Below are positions 19,397 to 27,474 of a DNA stretch of 64,000 nt, piece after piece. The notes beneath the pieces were generated by a model. It saw only the letters and a list, made by a program, of their open reading frames with translations, had not been told where the DNA came from and searched no databases. How positions within the stretch are numbered: position 1 is the first letter of the stretch; each line of letters opens with the position of its first letter. The stretch is taken from positions 4,160,001-4,224,000 of the forward strand of contig OY759316.1 in assembly GCA_963662275.1 (NCBI GenBank). Direction: 5' to 3'. The position numbers and the translations under genes are program-made. This stretch comes from Candidatus Cloacimonadales bacterium (lineage in GTDB: Bacteria; Cloacimonadota; Cloacimonadia; Cloacimonadales; DAONDQ01).

Positions 19397-22300
19397 TTAT
19401 TTGAGCAATATCATCTTTTTTGTACTTGAGTAATTTCCTGATTTCATCTTGTAGAAATACAAGCCACTTCCCAGGGTATTACCTTTTTCATCGTTGCCAT
19501 TCCATGTTGCTGTGTAATTACCGGCTTCCATCCTGCTATTCACGAGAGTTCTGACTTTTTTACCAAGTGAATTATAAATCTCTAGAGAAACGAAACCGGA
19601 TTGTTTTACACTATAGGATATGACTGTTGTTGGATTAAAAGGATTTGGATAGTTTCCCTTCAGAGCTGTTACAGAAGGCATCACAGGATCCTGATTGCTT
19701 ACAACAGTAATTGTATTGCTGGGAGCTGATTCTCCCGGAGCTTCTGTATATAATGCGGTCACATAGTAATGATATGTGCTATTTACTGCATCTATGATAT
19801 TATACTCAGTTGTAGTCGGACTCATCACATCCTGGATCGGATGATTATTCTGATAGACCCTGTAACCAAGTAAACTGCGGTTCGGAGTACCTGACCTTCT
19901 CATACTGATTTGATTCCTGGAAGGAACTGGGGCAACCCAGGACAAATGTATATCATTTCCCGTCATAATTGATCCGGTCAGATTAGTTGGTGGAACTAAT
20001 GGAGGTGTTGCAGGAGTTACCGTGATATGTGGAGTTCCATCTGATTCACCTGTTGGATCTGTATAAGTTGCTGTTACCCAGTATTCATAAGGAAGTCCAT
20101 TTATCAAACCGGTATTTGTATAGGTAAGGACAGTTGGAGCCAATGTTGTGATTACACCTACATTCCGATAAACCTTATAACCAGTTGGCGTTCCACTTAC
20201 AGGTGCAGCCCACGTCAAGGTTGCCAATGCATTTCCGGCAACTGCTGTGAAACTGGTAGGCGGATTGAAGATTGGAGCAATAGGAGTAACTGTGATTGTT
20301 GGAGTTGCAGCAGATTCACCTGTTGGATTTGTATAAGATGCAGTAACCCAAAATTCGTAAGGTGTACCACTGGTTAATCCAGTATTTGTATAAGTCAAGA
20401 CCGTTGACGCTAATGTGGTCACCAGTGTGTTGTTGCGATAAACCTTATAACTGGTGGGTGTTCCGCTTGTTGGAGCTGCCCAGGTTAATGTCGCAGAATA
20501 AAAACCGGGTACGGCTGCGAAATTAGTGGGCGGATTGAATATATAGGGTGCAATTGTCACAGGAACTTCATTACTGAATGCAGATTCTCCATTCGGACTT
20601 GAATAGTAGCAAGAGATTTTATAAGTTAAAGTCCCCGGTACGGCTGTATTATCCACATACTGATGGGCAGTAGGATTGGCAATCGTAGTTAAAAGAGTTC
20701 CATTGCGATAGACCTTGATTCCTGTTAAGCTGCGATCTCTTAATTGTGTGACAGGCAGTACATTACCACTGAAAATCAAGTTATTATCAGCAATCTTCGT
20801 CTTTGTAACAGTTGTTTTAGAACGAATTGCACTTTTTACTTTAAAATCTTCTGCATTGAAACTAATTGATTTTGAGCTGCCTCTGGCTATGATCTGGTCA
20901 ATAAACCAAACATGAAATAAACCATCCATAGATGGTCCATCGATAGCCTGCCAAGCTAACTTGATATTCTGACCTGCATAGGCAGATAAACTGATTGTAT
21001 ATGGTGTCGCATAGTTATTCAGCAAAGGTGGAAGTGTGGAAGCATCCCATAATGTTGTCCATTGAGCACCACCATTGGTAGAGACTTTTACATAAAAATG
21101 ATCTCCACTGGCAGAACCTTGAGTACAATAAGACCAGAATGAAATATTCGCAGCAGTAGGGCAAACGAATTGGGGTGAGATTAACCATTCATCCTGGTGT
21201 TCAAAAGCTAACCATAAACCAACTTGTTTATTCCCGATATGTGGTACGATGGGAGGATCTACATTAATAATCCCCACCTGGCACCAGGTAGGAAGAACAC
21301 CTGTCACACCCGCGGTACCGGTATTTGTAATTGTTTGAGACCAGTCTGCAGGTGGATACGTACCTTCAAAACTTTCTGTATCTGAGGGAAGCAGCCAATT
21401 TAAAGTGATTGCATTCCAAGCTGTTTGATTGGCACTTAGGTTGAAAGGAGGATCAAATACAGGAGCAAGAGGTAATGCAGTAATTGTATTTGTCGGAGTT
21501 GATTCTCCACTCGGGTTTTCATATAAAGCGGTAACATAAAAAGAATAAGAAGCGTTATTCGTTAGTGTATCATCCGTATATGTAATTGCTGTTGGTGCCG
21601 TCGTGTGGATCAATGTTCCGTCACGATAGATTTTATATCCGCTTAATGTCATCCCGTCAGCCACTATTGCTGCATCCCAACTGAGAGTAGCACTGTGATC
21701 ACCGTCAATATGTGTTAAGTTGGTTGGTGGTGTATAGGTCGGAACAAAGATATCTATCGAAACATCATCAAGTCCAACACCATAAGAATTATTTGTCCCG
21801 TCGGAAAAATCTCTCCAGCGGATGAAAGAGTTTTCACCAACATATGGTGTTAAGTCGACTGCAACCTGGTGATAAGCTGTTTGCACAGAAGAAGCTGAAA
21901 GAATTGCCACAATATTCCAGGTAGAGCCTCCATTCGAAGATATTTCACAGTACGTTGTATCATGAAGTACAACTTTCGCAATATCAGCATCTTTCCACCA
22001 GAATCTCAGTCGACTGCTAGCTGGTATGGAAATTCTTGGTGTCATGAGGGTTTTTGTTCCCGCAGGTTGATAAAGAGATCTTGCACAATATGTACCGGTG
22101 TGAGTTCCTGTACCAGATATCCAGCCGGTTGTTGGCAAGCCGGTTATCGTCAAGCCGGTTGTAGTCCAGCCGAGAGGAGGAAAAATGGCACTTTCAAAAC
22201 CTTCGTTATAGGGAAAAACCACAATCGCAGGATCCGGTAGGGTAGTAAAAGACCATATTGGACACTCAGAAGTACTACCGAATTGGTTATATGGAACAAC

Positions 22301-23266
22301 CTTCCAGTAATAAGTTGTAGAATAAATAAAATTAGCTGCTGGAGTATAATTTAAAATTGTTCCAACATCCAGGCTATCGACAATGTTGGTAGGTGGATTA
22401 TTTGTTCCCAGGAATATCCTGTAGCCAGTAGGTCCACCACCACCATCAGCCCAGATCAGGTGTGCATTCAGCAGGACATCAATACCATTATTAACTGGGG
22501 TGACAATAGCTGCCGGATTGGGTGGGTCTCCTACTTCCGGAGGTGTAAAGATATAGGATAATCCCATTGGTGGTACAACCGTTGTTGACATCGCGCAGGA
22601 AGATGTGTTAATCGTTCCAGGAATTGATGTTAACCAATCATTTGTATTCAGGACAACGCTGCGATTATTGAATTCAGCATTGGAATTACCACGTAAACCA
22701 ATTTGGAAAGTATTAGCTGTCGGATTTGCAGCGCCAAATTTGTTATGACCATATTGAATTTCAATCACATTCGTTGTTTCATGGAGACGTATCTGAAAAT
22801 TGAGTGTATCAGCGGCATTGACTGTACCATATCTTTGGAAATTCTTCCATTGCAAAACAAAAATACGATTTGGTGCTTCACCGATCACCTTTCTCATTAA
22901 TTCGCCAATTGTTGGTTTGCCCCTAATATCTCTATTGAGAGCAACCACAACGCGATTACTCGCATTTGCATTACCATTACTTATAGCAAAAAAGCTGCTT
23001 ATCGCTGTTGCACCAAATACCAAATATCCATTGGAGTTGATGCTGATGATTGAGTCAGTACTAGTTGTTGAATCAAACTGAAAGCCAAAACCAATCGGAA
23101 TGGCATTAAAGCTTTGATTATCATTTTCTGCTGTGCCAATCACTGTACCCCCCGTAATTGGAATATATGTCCCAACACTGCTGGTGAATGTGTATTCTGA
23201 AACTACAGCAGGTAACAGAGAATATCCAAATAGGATGATCAAAAAAAGAATCAGGAATTTCCTCAT
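19397..23266 (-). CDS. Secreted protein with cleaved-adhesin-like domains, multiple FN3 repeats and FlgD/T9SS-type C-terminal domain
   Basis: Signal peptide; EGFE..FPP.GW and DEWLISP motifs; repeated LTW.AP...Y.VYRN...YVTA.Y..GES; YPNPFNP...KKMILLK. Confidence 0.88.
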   Translation of the reverse strand: MRKFLILFLIILFGYSLLPAVVSEYTFTSSVGTYIPITGGTVIGTAENDNQSFNAIPIGFGFQFDSTTSTDSIISINSNGYLVFGATAISSFFAISNGNANASNRVVVALNRDIRGKPTIGELMRKVIGEAPNRIFVLQWKNFQRYGTVNAADTLNFQIRLHETTNVIEIQYGHNKFGAANPTANTFQIGLRGNSNAEFNNRSVVLNTNDWLTSIPGTINTSSCAMSTTVVPPMGLSYIFTPPEVGDPPNPAAIVTPVNNGIDVLLNAHLIWADGGGGPTGYRIFLGTNNPPTNIVDSLDVGTILNYTPAANFIYSTTYYWKVVPYNQFGSTSECPIWSFTTLPDPAIVVFPYNEGFESAIFPPLGWTTTGLTITGLPTTGWISGTGTHTGTYCARSLYQPAGTKTLMTPRISIPASSRLRFWWKDADIAKVVLHDTTYCEISSNGGSTWNIVAILSASSVQTAYHQVAVDLTPYVGENSFIRWRDFSDGTNNSYGVGLDDVSIDIFVPTYTPPTNLTHIDGDHSATLSWDAAIVADGMTLSGYKIYRDGTLIHTTAPTAITYTDDTLTNNASYSFYVTALYENPSGESTPTNTITALPLAPVFDPPFNLSANQTAWNAITLNWLLPSDTESFEGTYPPADWSQTITNTGTAGVTGVLPTWCQVGIINVDPPIVPHIGNKQVGLWLAFEHQDEWLISPQFVCPTAANISFWSYCTQGSASGDHFYVKVSTNGGAQWTTLWDASTLPPLLNNYATPYTISLSAYAGQNIKLAWQAIDGPSMDGLFHVWFIDQIIARGSSKSISFNAEDFKVKSAIRSKTTVTKTKIADNNLIFSGNVLPVTQLRDRSLTGIKVYRNGTLLTTIANPTAHQYVDNTAVPGTLTYKISCYYSSPNGESAFSNEVPVTIAPYIFNPPTNFAAVPGFYSATLTWAAPTSGTPTSYKVYRNNTLVTTLASTVLTYTNTGLTSGTPYEFWVTASYTNPTGESAATPTITVTPIAPIFNPPTSFTAVAGNALATLTWAAPVSGTPTGYKVYRNVGVITTLAPTVLTYTNTGLINGLPYEYWVTATYTDPTGESDGTPHITVTPATPPLVPPTNLTGSIMTGNDIHLSWVAPVPSRNQISMRRSGTPNRSLLGYRVYQNNHPIQDVMSPTTTEYNIIDAVNSTYHYYVTALYTEAPGESAPSNTITVVSNQDPVMPSVTALKGNYPNPFNPTTVISYSVKQSGFVSLEIYNSLGKKVRTLVNSRMEAGNYTATWNGNDEKGNTLGSGLYFYKMKSGNYSSTKKMILLK

Positions 23267-23404
23267 AATATCTCCTTTTAAATAATTTTTTGTATAATTT
23301 ATCAGATATATTTTAATATATAATAATCAAATATCAAGGATAACCGTCAAGAAAAATCTATTAAATACAGAATGCTGAATTTAAAAAACTGTGGGGAATT
23401 CTAT

Positions 23405-23627
23405 GAACTTCCCTAAAAAGGATTTTCGCTGCCGATCATGAAAGCTGAGTTCTCCGAGTGAACAGATTTATCTATTTGTATCGAGGAGACGACATTACAC
23501 AACCTTAAAGGGTCACATTGGGTCATTTCGATACAATTTCTCCTTCGTCGAAATCACTCAATGAACTGTGTATTCTCTCGTTCGATACTTTAGCTTTCAT
23601 ATAAACTCCAAATCCTCAGCTTTCATG
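23405..23627 (-). repeat. Family A element, reverse orientation, with duplicated 5' end
   Basis: Reverse complement matches 10397-10575; AGCTTTCAT present twice at 23592-23626. Confidence 0.9.
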
Positions 23628-23717
23628 TTAAGTCCATAAGAGTTGTTAGTCACATTTCCTTTTCCTAGAGAAAGAATTGAATTAGAGAGTCTAGTTTTCA
23701 TATAGAGAGAAGATAGA

Positions 23718-24236
23718 CTATTTATTGAGTGGTAATTTACCTTTGGCTTTATTCAGGGGAGGAACTATTTGTGCTTCACTTTTATCACTCACGAAGATAG
23801 CCGCAGTCCCTTCCGGAATAAAATAACTCCACGAAGTTGATTGATTATAATATGGACCTTTTCCAATATAAGTGACAGTGCAATGGATTTCATCCCCGGG
23901 ATTTACCTGGTTCTCAAAGGAAGCTAATTGAACATATAAAAATGCACTAGCTAGTTGACCTTTTCTAAGCACATTGATCCTTAATGCATAAGGCGTAGCT
24001 CCACCTGGTTGTGCAGTCGTAATTACTTGTCCTGGAGACGAAGAGCAGGTCACTGTGACTAAGTAGTTTTCGTTATGCGTCATTCCTGTGTTAGTAACAC
24101 TTTCTAGAATATTCACTTTTGGACTGATAATCATCTGGTAATAACCGCGTGGATCATGCTTAATAGATGATGCGTTAGCTATCAGATTACTTAATGCCAT
24201 GAGGCAAATAATTAGTAAAATCATCCTGCACTTCAT
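23718..24236 (-). CDS. Secreted single-domain protein homologous to the N-terminal domain of 24450..26681
   Basis: Signal peptide, AAGGAG RBS; RGYYQ..VTNT..NYL..YVQ..F..TYIG..W....GTAAI..VPP shared with neighbour. Confidence 0.82.
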   Translation of the reverse strand: MKCRMILLIICLMALSNLIANASSIKHDPRGYYQMIISPKVNILESVTNTGMTHNENYLVTVTCSSSPGQVITTAQPGGATPYALRINVLRKGQLASAFLYVQLASFENQVNPGDEIHCTVTYIGKGPYYNQSTSWSYFIPEGTAAIFVSDKSEAQIVPPLNKAKGKLPLNK

Positions 24237-24372
24237 TATTTCTCCTTAATTCTTTTAACAAGTACTTTGAAACTCAGTCAATGTGATACACCTCTATATT
24301 AATCATACTCTGTCAATGAAAATCTGTCTTGGACTTTGTTAAAACTGACAATGATGACAGTCTTAGTAGCAT

Positions 24373-24404
24373 CAAAAAGAGGCAGGATTTTCATCCTGCC
24401 TCTC
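24373..24404 (-). terminator. Rho-independent terminator after the 743-aa gene
   Basis: agaggcagga ttttca tcctgcctct with A-tract on the left (T-tract on minus strand). Confidence 0.8.
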
Positions 24405-24449
24405 ATATTTTTGCTGTATTACCGATAAATCGGCAATCTCAACATTTAG

Positions 24450-26681
24450 TTATTTTACAATAACCATTTTCTTGGTTGTATTGACACTAGCTGAGCTGAG
24501 TTTGTAGAAATAAATTCCACTGCCACAGACAGCATTACGATCATCACGACCATTCCACTGGATGTTGTGTGCGCCTTCTGAACGGACAAAGGTCTTTACG
24601 GTCTGACCAAGTACGTTGTAGATGGTAAGTGTGGCGTTTTCGCCTCTCTTGACATTCAAACCAATGTTGGTATTGGTATTAACATTGAAAGGATTTGGAT
24701 AAGCATTTTTCAGTTCTGTTGCAACTGGTACTTGTGGAACTGGTGTTTGACCATTCGTTGTTGTAACCATGACAGAATTACTGAAATTGCTTTGTCCACT
24801 GAGAGGAACCATCTCTAACCAATAGTAATATGTAGTTTGAGGATCAACTGAATTATCCACAAAACTATAGTTATGAGTTGAAGATGAGTTTGTTCCAGCG
24901 ATAATTTGGAAGTTTACTTTAACTGCATTGTCAACGTTGCTGTTACTTGAACGATAGACATTGAAACCAAGGTTATCAGTTTCTGATTCGGTCGTCCACT
25001 GCAGATTGACAAACATTTGTGCTGTAGCAACAGCATTGAATGATGACAATTCAACAGGCAGATCCAAGTCTGTGCCCATGATGAGTTCTAATACTCCGCC
25101 TGGAGCTTTTGCAGCCCACGTTGGGATTGGACCTATTGTCAAGGCACCGGCTAAATAACCTGCAGCCGTAAATGGTGCATCACCAAGGACAAAGTCATAA
25201 GGTGGATATTCAACTGTGCCACCATTGAAGGCATAACCAGGAGTAGGAAGGTTAACCATCGGATGATCAGTTGGATAATAACCATCATCGACTCCACCCC
25301 AGTGAATTGCTACATACTTGTAACCGAGAATTGGATCATAATTCAAGACAATTGTTGCGCCATTAAGCTCATTTTGATCTACGACTTCAGCTTTATAAAC
25401 TGCAACAACATTACGATAGCCGTTATAGAATCCTTTTGCTGGTGGAACATATTTTGTGAAAACAATCACACCACCAGTTGATGCTGGTCCTGCGGTACCT
25501 GATAATGTAACGCCACCAGTTGCAGGAAGTGTAAAGCCTGAACCTGCGGTTGCACCAATAACACCAACAGCAGCGGCAACGCCACCACCGGTTGTATTTG
25601 CTGGATTCGTATATACGAAGTTATGTCCACCACTTACAGCGGCTGTAAATTCAAATGGAGCTGGAGTAACCTGGGTAGTAAGATCCATAACTTTGTAAGT
25701 ATGTGAAGTACCGACATTACATGTGAAATGATAAGGTGCTGAATGACCTGTGGTTGTATAAGTTTCACCAATTAATTCATAGATCAGCACGCCGGGGATA
25801 TTGGATGTGACGTAAGCATCATAGGTGGTTGGAAGATCATCTTTCGTAGTGAAATCAAAGACATCTGACCATTCACCATCAGCTCTTGAAGTAGTTGCAG
25901 CACGCTGCATTGAAGGAGCTTTTCCCTTTCCAGGTGCCGTTGTACTTGCCTGTACTTGCCAATAGTAATGAGTTGAAGGTAATGCAGAAATTCCATAAGC
26001 TGTACCGACTACTGCAGCTTGATTATGAATCTGCGCAGTTGCTAATGCACCGGAGGATATTGCATATCTTACATTATAATAAGTAGGTGTTACGATACCA
26101 GCACCGAGAGTATAATCCCAATCCAAGTTAAGAGCACCGAAATCAACTCCTGTCTGATGTAGTGTTGGTGCTGTTAGTGTTGGTACACCAAATACATCTG
26201 GAGCTGGAGTCGGAGGTACTGTTACAGAATAACCGGAATGGATTAAGTCATTATAAATAGCTGCTGTACCTGATGGGACAACAAAATCCCACTGTGAAAA
26301 AGCACGACTTACACCTTTTGTGCCAATATAGGTCAATTTGCAACGAATAATAGTTGTTGCAGGAATTGCTGTAGGCATAAAAGCACTAAATTGAACATAA
26401 ACACGAGGACCGGCTCCAGCTAAACTGAAAACACGTAAACTGGAAATAGGGGTAGGTGTTGACCCACCAGTTGACAATGTTCTGACATAACCGTCAGCGG
26501 AAGTCGTGACTTCCAACAGATAGTTTGGACTCGTCGTTGTTGTTAAAGTGTTAGTTACATAAGTTGTAATCAGGTTTGGAGCTTGGCAAACGATTTCCTG
26601 ATAATAACTTCTTGTGGTTGCATTCAGTGATACGCCTAAAATTAGCGTAAACATTAATACTAAGAATACTAATTTTTTCAT
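24450..26681 (-). CDS. Secreted protein with unrecognised N-terminal domain, FN3-like domain, LPVELSSF domain and FlgD/T9SS-type C-terminal domain
   Basis: Signal peptide; AGGAGG RBS; LPVELSSF; YPNPFN...GIYFY...KKMVIVK. Confidence 0.87.
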   Translation of the reverse strand: MKKLVFLVLMFTLILGVSLNATTRSYYQEIVCQAPNLITTYVTNTLTTTTSPNYLLEVTTSADGYVRTLSTGGSTPTPISSLRVFSLAGAGPRVYVQFSAFMPTAIPATTIIRCKLTYIGTKGVSRAFSQWDFVVPSGTAAIYNDLIHSGYSVTVPPTPAPDVFGVPTLTAPTLHQTGVDFGALNLDWDYTLGAGIVTPTYYNVRYAISSGALATAQIHNQAAVVGTAYGISALPSTHYYWQVQASTTAPGKGKAPSMQRAATTSRADGEWSDVFDFTTKDDLPTTYDAYVTSNIPGVLIYELIGETYTTTGHSAPYHFTCNVGTSHTYKVMDLTTQVTPAPFEFTAAVSGGHNFVYTNPANTTGGGVAAAVGVIGATAGSGFTLPATGGVTLSGTAGPASTGGVIVFTKYVPPAKGFYNGYRNVVAVYKAEVVDQNELNGATIVLNYDPILGYKYVAIHWGGVDDGYYPTDHPMVNLPTPGYAFNGGTVEYPPYDFVLGDAPFTAAGYLAGALTIGPIPTWAAKAPGGVLELIMGTDLDLPVELSSFNAVATAQMFVNLQWTTESETDNLGFNVYRSSNSNVDNAVKVNFQIIAGTNSSSTHNYSFVDNSVDPQTTYYYWLEMVPLSGQSNFSNSVMVTTTNGQTPVPQVPVATELKNAYPNPFNVNTNTNIGLNVKRGENATLTIYNVLGQTVKTFVRSEGAHNIQWNGRDDRNAVCGSGIYFYKLSSASVNTTKKMVIVK

Positions 26682-26696
26682 ATTTATCCTCCTACA

Positions 26697-27365
26697 TTAT
26701 TTTGTACGGGTTGTACGTGGTGTATGTACTTTGCCGCTGACAATGCCTTTCGCTGAAGGCCAGGTAGCTGCTGTTGCTGCATTAACCATGAATGCTGCAC
26801 CGATGGATGTTGCAGTTTCAGTATCAGACCAACCGAAAACTGAATCATAATCAACTGCATACCAATCTTGAACGTCATTCAGCCATTGATTAACAGTTGT
26901 TACATTACCGGTAAAAGCGTCACCAAATGCACTGATGGTTGCCAAGTCAGAACGATTCAATGGAACCATGACCAAATTCAAACCTTCATACATATTATAT
27001 GAAGGATCTGATGGTAATGGACCCATACTGTAAGCATCAAAAATAGCATTTGAATTTACATAGACAACTTCACCTGGTGAAATGGTAAATACATCTGACC
27101 AGCCAAAGACTTCATCATAATCAATTGCATACCAGTCTTGAATATCAGGCAGCCATTTGTTGACAGTCGAAATATTGCCACCCATCGCGGTACTGAAATC
27201 TTCAGCAGTAGCGAATCCTGGTGCCATTGGAAAGGCGATCAGATTCAACCCTTCTACACATGGATATTTCACATACCCAACTACAGCGCTGGGAGTGGAC
27301 TCAGCGGCTAACAGAAAACTGCTGATAGCCACGAGCATTAACAGAGGGAGTAACACTTTCTTCAT
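26697..27365 (-). CDS. Secreted protein with two ~95-aa internal repeats
   Basis: Signal peptide ending FLLA; EGLNLIAFPM...VNKW..D.QDWYAIDYD.VFGWSD repeated as EGLNLVMVPL...VNQW..D.QDWYAVDYD.VFGWSD; AAGGAGG RBS. Confidence 0.88.
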   Translation of the reverse strand: MKKVLLPLLMLVAISSFLLAAESTPSAVVGYVKYPCVEGLNLIAFPMAPGFATAEDFSTAMGGNISTVNKWLPDIQDWYAIDYDEVFGWSDVFTISPGEVVYVNSNAIFDAYSMGPLPSDPSYNMYEGLNLVMVPLNRSDLATISAFGDAFTGNVTTVNQWLNDVQDWYAVDYDSVFGWSDTETATSIGAAFMVNAATAATWPSAKGIVSGKVHTPRTTRTK

Positions 27366-27436
27366 GTAACCTCCTTAAGGTTAATCATAATTTTTTGTAG
27401 TCTCTTTTTTACAGACCTAGTTACAGATTTCATTGA

Positions 27437-27460
27437 GCGGGGATAAATTAAATCCCCGCC
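27437..27460 (-). terminator. Hairpin between the 1931-aa and 222-aa genes (terminator or mRNA-stabilising stem)
   Basis: gcggggat aaattaa atccccgc; no clear T-tract on the minus strand. Confidence 0.45.
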
Positions 27461-27474
27461 CAAAATTTAGCAAG

